Shown: one piece after another, positions 1-8,648 of the stretch
Layout: each line of letters opens with the position of its first letter
How positions within the stretch are numbered: the stretch's first letter is position 1
Origin: Candidatus Eiseniibacteriota bacterium
GTDB taxonomy: Bacteria; Eisenbacteria; RBG-16-71-46; JABDJR01
Direction: 5' to 3'
Assembly: GCA_963783375.1 (NCBI GenBank)
Contig: CAWANH010000003.1
Location: 259,418-323,417, forward strand
Length of the DNA: 64,000 bases
Position numbers and translations under genes: made by a program
Notes under the pieces: generated by a model
The model's input: only the letters and a program-made list of their open reading frames with translations
Told to the model about the DNA's origin: nothing
Databases searched by the model: none

Positions 1-197
1 GCGTCCCCCGATCCACGCTTGCCGCAGGCCCCGAGAAGGGCGGCGAGGGCGATCAGAACGGCGACGATGAGAAGGTGGCGGCGATGCCGGCGCAAGCTAG
101 ACTCCTTTTCGGCGACCGGGGGCGTTCGCCCCCTTGGCCCCCGAAGGTGGACCCGGAAACTCTATCAGGCGGAGGGGTACCCCTCAACGCGGGGCGC

Positions 198-1025
198 TCA
201 TCGCTCCCAGAACTTGAGGCGCTGGACCCAGGAGGGCTCGGCCGCCTCCACCGCGGCCCGGATGTCCGGCATGCGGGCCCGGGTCTCCTCGTACCCCACC
301 TGGATCAGCTTGGCCGACGCCATGAGGTCGAAGGAGGGGAACGATTCGGTGGGGGGACGGATCACCACGTCGGCCTTCCGCTCGGACTGGATGGCGTTCT
401 GGCGGGCGGCGATCCCGGTCACCGCCATGGCCACGTGCAACAGGTTCCGAGGCCTCGGCGACCGCCCTTCCCGATGTCCGAGGTTCACCGCGATCACCAC
501 CGCGGGATCGAACACATCCCGCGCCGTCTCCACCGGAAGGTACTCCACCAGCCCGCCGTCCACGGCCAGGGTGCCGTCCAGCTCCACCGGCTCGAAAACG
601 TTGGGAATCGAACTGGAGACCATGGCCGCCCGGGCCACGCTCCCCTGGCGGAAGATGATCTTCTCCCCGGTCAGGAGATCGGTGCCCACGATGGCCAGCG
701 GGACCCGGAGATCGGCGAAGGTGACCTCGCCCAGGAGGTCGGTGAGGAAACGCGCCACCCCGGAATTGTTGAGGAGTCCGAGCCGGGGGAAGGTAAGCCG
801 GGCCAGGTCCCGCCAGCGGAGCTCGCGGCCGATCTCCTTGATCTCCTCCACGGTGAGGCCGGCCGCGAACACCGCCCCCACGATGGCCCCGCCGCTGGTC
901 GCGGCGATGCAGTCGATGGGGATGCCCTCCTCCACCAGGGCCTCGAGAACCCCGATGTGGGCCAGGGACTTTGCCGTGCCCCCGCTCAGGGCGAGGGCGA
1001 CGGTAGGCTTGTCGGCGGAATTCAT
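198..1025 (-). CDS. Patatin-like phospholipase (RssA/NTE family)
   Basis: ALALSGGxAKSLAHIGVL glycine loop, ATSGG nucleophile elbow, DGG motif; start taken at MNSADK (ATG 1025). Confidence 0.88.
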   Translation of the reverse strand: MNSADKPTVALALSGGTAKSLAHIGVLEALVEEGIPIDCIAATSGGAIVGAVFAAGLTVEEIKEIGRELRWRDLARLTFPRLGLLNNSGVARFLTDLLGEVTFADLRVPLAIVGTDLLTGEKIIFRQGSVARAAMVSSSIPNVFEPVELDGTLAVDGGLVEYLPVETARDVFDPAVVIAVNLGHREGRSPRPRNLLHVAMAVTGIAARQNAIQSERKADVVIRPPTESFPSFDLMASAKLIQVGYEETRARMPDIRAAVEAAEPSWVQRLKFWER

Positions 1026-1206
1026 AGAGGACCGGGTCGATTCCCGGGGAGGAGAGAAGCGGTTCCCCGACGACCGCCTTCCGGTATGCTTGACGGCTCC
1101 GGGAAGGTCCAACGAAATCTACCCGCGCACCCGATGGAGGTCAAGGACAACCGATGCCGACAACGCCACCTCGCCGGTCCGGGTTCAGCCGCCCGATTCA
1201 CGCCAC

Positions 1207-2532
1207 GTGATCCGCGCGATTCGCTCGCCGGTTCTCGGACTCTTCCTCGTTCTCCTCGCCCCCGTCGCGGCGGACGCGGGGCCGGTGCTCTTCTCCCGGC
1301 TCACCCCCTGCCCGGACTCCGAGGTGCTGGTTGTGACCGCGCGGGACACCGACCCGGCCCGATCCGACACCCTGGCCGTGGATCCGGCCACCGGGGACAT
1401 CGCCTGGTGCGGAGGACCGGTGCGGGGACTGGCCGCGGGCGAGGGGGACACCGTCTACGCCGCACTCCTCACCGGGGCGGCGGTTCTGACCGGAACCCGG
1501 CCCGCCGCCTATCTCCCCTGGGGGGCGATCGGGACGGGGTGGCAGGATGGAGGCCCATCGAAATGGCCCCGGCCCCGGCGGGGCGCGCTCCCCGCCGCCC
1601 GGGCCGCGACCCCGGTCGGAACCGTCCGCATCCTCCCCGAGCGTTACCACCCGATGGCCGAAAGCACCCTGGTGTTCGTGACCGACGCCGAGCGCGATCT
1701 CGCGCCCGGCACCCTCCTTTACGACATCCACGCCCGGGGGCCGGACGGCACCGAATACATCCTGGCCCGGAACCTGGAGCTCAGGGCCTGGGTTCAATCC
1801 CCGGGGGCGCGGTCCTGGGCGGTGGCGGCCCGGGCGCATCGTCCCGACTACGGCGGACAGGTTCGCGAGGTCGTGCTGGCGGGAACCGGCGTCCGGGTGG
1901 AGAGTTTTGATTTCGGCCGGTGTCGCTCCCTCCTCTGGGACGACGCCGGCGCCCTGTGGTCGCTGTACGAGGATGGCTCGGTGATGCGAATGGACCCCGG
2001 CCCGACCGGATGGACAGTGACCCGGGTGGACCCGGTTCTCGCCCCCCTCCCCTGCCGACCCGGCGAGGCGGAGTCGCTCTGGGTGTGGCGGGCTCCCGGG
2101 CGCTACCGAAGCCCGGAGCCGGCGCTGAGCGTGGCGGAGACGGTGCTTCGGGGCCCCCACCGGGCTTTCCGGAGTCGCGTGGTTCAGGACGCCGACGGCG
2201 CCTACCGTCCGGTCTGGGGAGGGGACCTCACCGAGGCCGGACTCCGGGCCGCGTTCCCCGCCCCTCCCATTCCCGGGGCCCGGTCCGTGCGCGTGCGGGC
2301 CGACCGGGGCGACTTCGCCGAGGTGGTGGCCCGGATCCGCGTGCAACGTCAGAACGGCACCGTGTTGCTCCGTCACGTCTCCCAAGGGGGCGAGACCGCG
2401 TCGGAACTCTGGTGGCGATTCCTCGGCCGGCCGCGATGGGTGCGGCTGGCCGGCCCCTGGGGGCTCGCCCGCGGCGTCGATCCCCGTCAAAACGCCCCCG
2501 GTTTGGTTGACACCCCGAATGACGCACCCTAG
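1207..2532 (+). CDS. Hypothetical secreted protein
   Basis: 3' part of ORF 19..2532; GTG at 1207 followed by signal-peptide-like VLGLFLVLLAPVAADA; overlaps start of next gene; start uncertain. Confidence 0.6.
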   Translation: MIRAIRSPVLGLFLVLLAPVAADAGPVLFSRLTPCPDSEVLVVTARDTDPARSDTLAVDPATGDIAWCGGPVRGLAAGEGDTVYAALLTGAAVLTGTRPAAYLPWGAIGTGWQDGGPSKWPRPRRGALPAARAATPVGTVRILPERYHPMAESTLVFVTDAERDLAPGTLLYDIHARGPDGTEYILARNLELRAWVQSPGARSWAVAARAHRPDYGGQVREVVLAGTGVRVESFDFGRCRSLLWDDAGALWSLYEDGSVMRMDPGPTGWTVTRVDPVLAPLPCRPGEAESLWVWRAPGRYRSPEPALSVAETVLRGPHRAFRSRVVQDADGAYRPVWGGDLTEAGLRAAFPAPPIPGARSVRVRADRGDFAEVVARIRVQRQNGTVLLRHVSQGGETASELWWRFLGRPRWVRLAGPWGLARGVDPRQNAPGLVDTPNDAP

Positions 2533-5176
2533 ATTTCGCCCGATGATCGCTCGCACCTTCCGCCCGGCCGCTCTTGTCCTGGCCCTCATCCCGATCCTGG
2601 GATGGGGAGGGACGGCCGTGGCCCAGACCCCCGTTCTCACCGGCGTCAGCCTCTCGGTGGACGCAATCTCCCCCAACGACGACGGGGTGCAGGAGTTCAC
2701 GGTCATCCGCTACACGGTGGCGGTGGATTCGGCCGACGTGCGGATCCGGCTCACCTCCTCCACCGGGGGGGTGCTCGACACCCTGCAGGTCTTCACCCGA
2801 CAGGGCCGGGGGGCTCACGCCAAGCCCTTCGACGGCACATCCCACGGGGCCCCGGTGCCCGACGGCTCCTACCAGATGGAGATCCTGGCCATCGGGAGCG
2901 GGGGGGAGGGCGACACCCTGGTCGGCCTCCCGCTCCTGGTGGACCGGGCGCCCCCGGTGATCACCTCCCTGGATCTCACCGCGCCCCCCGGGCCGGTGGT
3001 GCGGAACGGGGACCGGGTCTCGGTGGTGGCCTGCGTGGACGGAGATCCCCGGACCGTGACCGCCGACTTCTCGAGCCTCGACGACCACTACACCGTCGAC
3101 GCGGTGAGCGCGACCCCCATCGAGGGGACCTGCACCCGGTTCTCCTACACCGTCAGCCCGGCCAACGGCAACCCCGACCGGGCCGGCCTGCCGATCCGGA
3201 TCACCGCCCGGGACCGGGCGGGGAACACCTCCCGGGACTCGCTCTCGGTCTGCCTTTCCAACCACCCTCCGGTCATCACCGACGTGAAGCTCCTGAATGA
3301 ATTCGCGGTGTTCCAGAACCAGGATCAGATCGAGACCGAGATCACGGTGAGCGCGGTGAACGAGGTGTCGGTGCGGGCGGAATTCCAGAATCTGGATTCG
3401 GGGTTCAGCGACCTGGGCACCACGGTGACCCCCCTGGGGGGCGGCCGGTTCCAGCTCGACTACGAGATCTCGAGCGCCAACAACCGCCCCGACGGCGACT
3501 ACCGGCTGCACCTGACCGCCTACGACGTCGAGGGGTGCGGCGAGGACACCGACACCACCCTCACCGTGACCCTGGACAACGGCGGCGCCCTCCCCGCCCT
3601 GGTGGACGACGTACGCGTCACCCCCACCGCGTTCTCTCCCAACGCCGACGGAATCCAGGACGACGTGAAATTCCGCTTCAACGTGCTGGAGGAGTCGGTC
3701 TACGTCACCCTGCTGGTGCAGTACCAGCGCACGGGCTCCTCGAACCCGCAGTTCCTGACTCTCCTGGACGCCCCTGCCCCGCTCTCCGCGGGTCCCTACA
3801 CCGTCTCCTGGAACGGGGCGTTCGGGTCGGGCACCCAGGTTCCCGATCAGATCCTCATCGTGTCCCTCCGGGCGGTCAGCTTCGCCAAGGACCGGCAACG
3901 CACCATCGTCGAGGACCTGGAGCTGGACCGCACCCCACCGGTCTTCAAGTCCTTCAGCCCCCCCAGCCGCACCACGATCCGGAACGGGACCCGGGTGGAT
4001 TTCTCGGCGGTCTACGACCGCCCCGGCTACACCCTTCACCCCGACTTCAGCCAGCTCGATTCGAACTTCCTGCCCGGCATCTCCACGGTGGCGATCGCGG
4101 ACAGCGGGAACGGGGCCTACGGGATTTCCTATCCGGTGAGCGTCACCAACACGCGTCCGGACGGAAACCACAAGGACATCACCATCACCGCCACCGACGC
4201 GGCCGGGAACACCAGCCCCGAGCCGGTGAGCGGCATCGTGCTCTTCTGTCTCAGCAACACCCCCCCGCGGCTGGTGTCGGCCCAGATCCTCGACCATAGC
4301 GGCGCGTTCCGGAACGGGGAGCAGGTTTCGCTCCGCACCCGATGGGTGGACGGCTTCCTCCCTCTCACCCTGAGCGCCGACTTCTCCGCCGTGGCCGGCG
4401 AGAAGTACGACCCCACCAAGGTCACGGTGATCGATCAGACCGGGGCCAATCCGGATACCGCCACCTTCGACATCGCCTACCGGCTCCCCAGCACCCTCGA
4501 TGCGGTGAACGGCGGCGCGCCCCGCCCCATCAAGCTCACCGCGGTGGAGAACCCGGAGCGGGGTTGCGGAAGCGCGACGGTGGAGGCGCTCCGGATCACC
4601 CTCGACAACGTGGAGCCGGACAAGCCGACCTTGACCGTCCCGGCCGCGGTGACCCGCTCCCCCTCCATCGTCCTGAGCGGCATCGCGGTGGGCGCCGACC
4701 AGGTGGAGATCAAGACCGCCGACGTCGTGGTGGACACCTTCGAGGTCACTTCGATCTCCGGCAGTTTCTCCGGGGAAGTGTCCCTCATCCCCGGGTCCAA
4801 CCGGTTCACCGCCGTCGGCATCGATGCCGCGGGCAACACCTCCCTCGCCTCCAAGTCGGTCGAGGTGTTCTTCGTGCAGGGTGATTTTCTCCAGGTGCCG
4901 GGGCGGTTCGGCCCCGGGAGCGAGTTCTTCCTGGGACTCACCGAGTCGGCCCCGCAGATCACCGTGCACGTCTTCAACCTGGAAGGGGTGCAGATCGCCC
5001 GTCTCGAGGGTACGGCCGGCGACCTGGTCCGCATTCCGTGGGACGGCAAGGACTCGACCGGGGGCCTCGCCTCCAGCGGCCCCTACGTCGCCGCGGTGGA
5101 GATCCGAAGCGCCGAGGGCGACATCCGGTGGATACGCAAGGCGTTCATCTTCACCCGGAAGGGGGCGGGGCAATGA
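2519..5176 (+). CDS. Large secreted Ig-like repeat protein with FlgD-like domains and T9SS-like C-terminal domain
   Basis: Signal peptide; SPNDDG and FSPNADG motifs; repeated TAxDxAGNTS Ig signatures; C-terminal VFNLEG...WDGKDSTG...SSGPY; start may be 2519 or 2543. Confidence 0.8.
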   Translation: MTHPRFRPMIARTFRPAALVLALIPILGWGGTAVAQTPVLTGVSLSVDAISPNDDGVQEFTVIRYTVAVDSADVRIRLTSSTGGVLDTLQVFTRQGRGAHAKPFDGTSHGAPVPDGSYQMEILAIGSGGEGDTLVGLPLLVDRAPPVITSLDLTAPPGPVVRNGDRVSVVACVDGDPRTVTADFSSLDDHYTVDAVSATPIEGTCTRFSYTVSPANGNPDRAGLPIRITARDRAGNTSRDSLSVCLSNHPPVITDVKLLNEFAVFQNQDQIETEITVSAVNEVSVRAEFQNLDSGFSDLGTTVTPLGGGRFQLDYEISSANNRPDGDYRLHLTAYDVEGCGEDTDTTLTVTLDNGGALPALVDDVRVTPTAFSPNADGIQDDVKFRFNVLEESVYVTLLVQYQRTGSSNPQFLTLLDAPAPLSAGPYTVSWNGAFGSGTQVPDQILIVSLRAVSFAKDRQRTIVEDLELDRTPPVFKSFSPPSRTTIRNGTRVDFSAVYDRPGYTLHPDFSQLDSNFLPGISTVAIADSGNGAYGISYPVSVTNTRPDGNHKDITITATDAAGNTSPEPVSGIVLFCLSNTPPRLVSAQILDHSGAFRNGEQVSLRTRWVDGFLPLTLSADFSAVAGEKYDPTKVTVIDQTGANPDTATFDIAYRLPSTLDAVNGGAPRPIKLTAVENPERGCGSATVEALRITLDNVEPDKPTLTVPAAVTRSPSIVLSGIAVGADQVEIKTADVVVDTFEVTSISGSFSGEVSLIPGSNRFTAVGIDAAGNTSLASKSVEVFFVQGDFLQVPGRFGPGSEFFLGLTESAPQITVHVFNLEGVQIARLEGTAGDLVRIPWDGKDSTGGLASSGPYVAAVEIRSAEGDIRWIRKAFIFTRKGAGQ

Positions 5177-6123
5177 GATCGAAGTCGATCGCCGCGGTCC
5201 TGACCGCGGTCCTACTCGCCCCGATCGGGTGGGGATCGGCGGCCTTCGCCGCCCGAACCTCCACCTTCGCCCCCATCGACCCCGGGGTCCGGGCCTCGGC
5301 CATGGGCGGAGCCTTCACCGCGGTGGGAGGGGAACCCATCGCCATGTACTGGAATCCCGCCGCGCTCTTCTTCATGGAGGGCCGCGAGGTCGAGGCCTCG
5401 TACTCCGATCTGTACGGCCTGGGCCTGGCCAAGCGCACGTTCTTCACCATCGGACTCAAATCGGTGTACGAGGTCCCGAGGTTCTCCGGGGACAAGGTGG
5501 TGGTCACCCGGGACGCCGCTTCCGGGCCCGCCTACGCCTTCGGAGTCCAGTCGCTGTTCCTCGACCTGGATGGGGGCGGCTACTCCGAACTCTCGATGGG
5601 AGGCGCGGCGGCCTGGGGATACGGGGACCGCCTGGCGGCGGGGATCTCATTCCGGGGGCTTTTCGTCTCCAGCGACTTCCAGGACGTCTCCGCCAACGGA
5701 TACAACCTGGGGGTGGGGCTGGCCTGGCGTTATTCCGAGAGGGAGCGCCTGGCCGTCTCGGTCCCCCAGCTCATGAGCCGGGTGTTCTGGAAGTTCCACT
5801 CCACCGAACGCCTCCCGGTGGGGGTGGTGGCGGGCTGGAGCCGGACCTTCGGGGACGCGGTCACGGTGAGCGCGGAGTCCGAATGGCGGGAGAGCGAGGC
5901 GGGGCCGTACCGGTTGGCGGTAGGGGGCGAGGCCTGGATCTTCCCCGACCGGTTGGCGCTCCGGGCGGGCTATCGGCGTCTGAACGGGGGCATCGAGGAC
6001 GTGTCCAAGCCGACCTTCGGGGCGGCGGTCCGCTTCAGCCGGATGCGCTTCGACTACGCCTTCCGCCTGGGCCCGGACAACCTCGGCGACACGCACCGTC
6101 TCGGGCTCCTGGTCGGATTCTAG
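5173..6123 (+). CDS. PorV/PorQ-like (UPF0164) outer-membrane beta-barrel
   Basis: GVRASAMGGAFTAV...MYWNPAAL signature, amphipathic strands, C-terminal Phe; ATGA overlap with upstream gene. Confidence 0.8.
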   Translation: MRSKSIAAVLTAVLLAPIGWGSAAFAARTSTFAPIDPGVRASAMGGAFTAVGGEPIAMYWNPAALFFMEGREVEASYSDLYGLGLAKRTFFTIGLKSVYEVPRFSGDKVVVTRDAASGPAYAFGVQSLFLDLDGGGYSELSMGGAAAWGYGDRLAAGISFRGLFVSSDFQDVSANGYNLGVGLAWRYSERERLAVSVPQLMSRVFWKFHSTERLPVGVVAGWSRTFGDAVTVSAESEWRESEAGPYRLAVGGEAWIFPDRLALRAGYRRLNGGIEDVSKPTFGAAVRFSRMRFDYAFRLGPDNLGDTHRLGLLVGF

Positions 6124-6177
6124 TTTCACCTGACCACGAGTCCGTTGCGGGGGCGGGCATCCGACCGGCGAGTCGGG

Positions 6178-6885
6178 CTAGGGAGAGTCCGGGGCGTCCG
6201 CGTCGTGGGCGCACTCCCCCGGCGCCCCCACCCATGCGCTCCCGTCGGTGAAGACCTCCTTCTTCCAGATGGGAACGTCGGCCTTCAGGCGCTCGATCAG
6301 GTGGCGGCAGGCCTCGAAGGCCTGGGCCCGGTGGGGAGCGGCGGCCACCGCCACCACGCTCGGCTCCCCCACCCCGATCCGCCCCAGGCGGTGGTGGAGA
6401 TAGACCGCGATCACCGGCCAGCGATCGCGCGTCTCGGCCAGGATGCGCTCCATCTGGGCCAGGGCCATCGGCTCGTAGGCCTCGTATTCGAGGTGATCCA
6501 CGTCGCGATCCATGGAGGGCGTGCGCACCGTGCCCTCGAACACCGCCACCGCGCCGGCGGCGTCCCGGTAGGCCGCGCGCTTCAACGCGTCGCCGTCCAG
6601 GGCCTCCCGGGTGAGAGCCGCGGCCGGAGGCTCGTCGGGGGCCCCGCCGCTGACCGGCGGGATGAGAACGATCTCGGCGCCGTCGTCGAGCGGCGCCTCG
6701 TCGGCGATGAACTCGGTCCCCCGGGCCATGCGGCAGGAGGCGATGAGATCGCGCCAGCGGGGATGGAGCTCGGCCAGCCGTCTCCGCGCCGAGGCGGCGG
6801 TGGCGCCGGACTCCAGTTCGAGGGACAGTCTCCCGGTTCCCAGGGCTTCGCGGAGCGCGGCGAAGGTCGCGACCTCAACCCGCAT
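6178..6885 (-). CDS. moaX: Molybdopterin synthase MoaD-MoaE fusion (MoaX-like)
   Basis: N-terminal FAALRE...IPPVSGG (MoaD) in frame with FEGTVR...LEYEAY...HRLG...VPIWKKE (MoaE). Confidence 0.9.
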   Translation of the reverse strand: MRVEVATFAALREALGTGRLSLELESGATAASARRRLAELHPRWRDLIASCRMARGTEFIADEAPLDDGAEIVLIPPVSGGAPDEPPAAALTREALDGDALKRAAYRDAAGAVAVFEGTVRTPSMDRDVDHLEYEAYEPMALAQMERILAETRDRWPVIAVYLHHRLGRIGVGEPSVVAVAAAPHRAQAFEACRHLIERLKADVPIWKKEVFTDGSAWVGAPGECAHDADAPDSP

Positions 6886-7396
6886 CGCCGGCCTCCTTGT
6901 CCGGGTCCAGGGCCAGCGTCCAGGTGCCCGAGCCGTTTCCCGACCACCCCTCGCTCTCGAGGATCGCTCCCAGGGCGGGCGCGTCGGGGACGGTCCGGAT
7001 GGTGAGGCGGCGGAGCCGGGTGCGGTGACATGCGGCGTCGGCGATCAGGCGAAGGGATTCGTGAAGCACGCCGGTTCCGTCCCGAGGCACGGTGAAGCTG
7101 AGCGCGGCCTCGCCGGTTGCGGGACGGGGATCGATCGAGAAGAGACCGGCAGGGGATCCCACCGGATCCCAGGCCGCCAGAATCAGCCCGCGCCGGGCGG
7201 AGTACCGGGCGGCCCCTTTCCTCTCCAGAGCCCCCCGGGAGGCGGCGGGAAGGACGGCCCCTCCCGGCCCGGCGCTTCGCGCCAGGTCCTTCCGCGCCCG
7301 AAACGCCCGGAGGCGCGCGACGTCGCCGGGCTCCACCGGGCGAAGCCAGAGGGACGAGCCGAGAAGGCTCCATGCGGCGTGACGGTGCGATTTCAT
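6875..7396 (-). CDS. Hypothetical protein, possibly divergent RimJ/RimL-type GNAT fold
   Basis: LWLRPVEPGD start typical of RimL-type GNATs and a LESEGW end; acetyl-CoA motif not clear; overlaps moaX start. Confidence 0.45.
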   Translation of the reverse strand: MKSHRHAAWSLLGSSLWLRPVEPGDVARLRAFRARKDLARSAGPGGAVLPAASRGALERKGAARYSARRGLILAAWDPVGSPAGLFSIDPRPATGEAALSFTVPRDGTGVLHESLRLIADAACHRTRLRRLTIRTVPDAPALGAILESEGWSGNGSGTWTLALDPDKEAGDAG

Positions 7397-7563
7397 GGCG
7401 TCGGCGGGCGGGCAGGGTGCGCGGAGGTCCGCGCGCTCTCGACGGTTTCCTCCCCCTTCGATGGTACCGCGCCCGCCCCCCCATCTCCACCCGGGACCGG
7501 GAGGGAGCCCGGGAACCCGCTCGCTGCCGGCGCGGCCGGGGACGGAAGACCGGGGATCGCGCC

Positions 7564-8442
7564 TCATCGCAGGACGCTCCCGGACCGGAGCATCTCGTCG
7601 AAGGCCCGGGCCGCGGGCTCGGGGCGGCGCGCGCGGAGCCGGAGAAGGCCCAGTTGCCGCTCGACCCGGAATCGCCGCGGATCCGGCCGGTGGACGGAAC
7701 CCCGGCGGAAGGGGGCGTCGCTCACCGCCTCGGGGAGGACGCTCACCCCGAACCCCGCCTCCACCAGCCCCACCATGACCGAGGGGCGGCCGATCTCCAT
7801 CACCGGCGCGATACGGAGCCCCGCTCGGGCCAGGGCGGCGTCCACCAGCCGCCGGGTGGTGGATTCGCGCGGGTAGGCGATGAAGGGTTCGCGGGCCAGG
7901 AGGCGTTTCAAGGGTGTTCCGCGCGCCGCGATCGGAACCGTGAGGAGCAGCCGTTCGATCAGGAGCGGTTCCGCGTCCACATCCGGGTCGTCCACCGGCA
8001 GGGTGCCGAGAACGAGGTCCACCCTCCCCTCCTTCAGCCGCCCCACCAGGGGGCCGGTGGAATCCACCACCACCGACACCTCGATCCCCGGGTGGCGGCG
8101 GTGGAAGGGGATGAACACCTGGGGGAGGACGCGGGTCGCGGCGGCGTCGGTCACCCCCAGGGTCAGGCTTCCCCGCCCGAGGCCCCGGATCTCCGCCACC
8201 TCGGCCCGGGCGGTCTCCACCGCCCGGAGTGCCGCCCGGGCCTGGAGGAGAACCGCCCGCCCCGCCTCGGTGGGCTCCACCCCCCGGCCCCGGCGGTGGA
8301 AGAGCGCGGTCCCCAACTCCCCCTCCAGGGCCTTCATCTGAAGGCTCACCGCGGGCTGGGTGAGGTGCCGGCGGCGGGCGGCGGCGGAAAGGCTTCCCGC
8401 CTCCGCCGCTTCCACGAGGGTGCGGAGTTGCTCCAGGTCCAT
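7564..8442 (-). CDS. LysR-family transcriptional regulator
   Basis: MDLEQLRTL...GSLSAAARRRHLTQPAVSLQMKALEGELG HTH; substrate-binding domain with AGFGVSVLP. Confidence 0.95.
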   Translation of the reverse strand: MDLEQLRTLVEAAEAGSLSAAARRRHLTQPAVSLQMKALEGELGTALFHRRGRGVEPTEAGRAVLLQARAALRAVETARAEVAEIRGLGRGSLTLGVTDAAATRVLPQVFIPFHRRHPGIEVSVVVDSTGPLVGRLKEGRVDLVLGTLPVDDPDVDAEPLLIERLLLTVPIAARGTPLKRLLAREPFIAYPRESTTRRLVDAALARAGLRIAPVMEIGRPSVMVGLVEAGFGVSVLPEAVSDAPFRRGSVHRPDPRRFRVERQLGLLRLRARRPEPAARAFDEMLRSGSVLR

Positions 8443-8445
8443 GTC

Positions 8446-8460
8446 ATAAGTTTAGCTTAT
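8446..8460. promoter_or_regulatory. LysR binding box (T-N11-A inverted repeat)
   Basis: ATAAG-TTTAG-CTTAT dyad in an AT-rich patch next to the lysR start; a related half-site and TTGAAA follow at about 8469-8491. Confidence 0.7.
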
Positions 8461-8648
8461 GGATCTCATTGAAACAATAAAGTTTCCTCATCCAGGATGG
8501 GGAGGCACAATGCTCCCGCTCGTGGCCCGGGCCACGAACCCGCTTTCGGGGCGGAGGGCCGCCCCCGGATGGCGATCGACCACCGACTTCCGCGGGGAGC
8601 GCCGCGCCGGCGCCTCTCCAAGAGCCGACTTCCGGAAAGGAAACGTTC

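Noticed and set aside
19-1206. 5' part of the 837-aa ORF and ORF 75..1910
   Set aside because: Antisense shadow of patatin or off-frame; Arg/Pro-rich with no motifs
2228-5173. 981-aa minus-strand ORF
   Set aside because: Mirror of the Ig-repeat gene; stop-free antisense frames are expected at this GC
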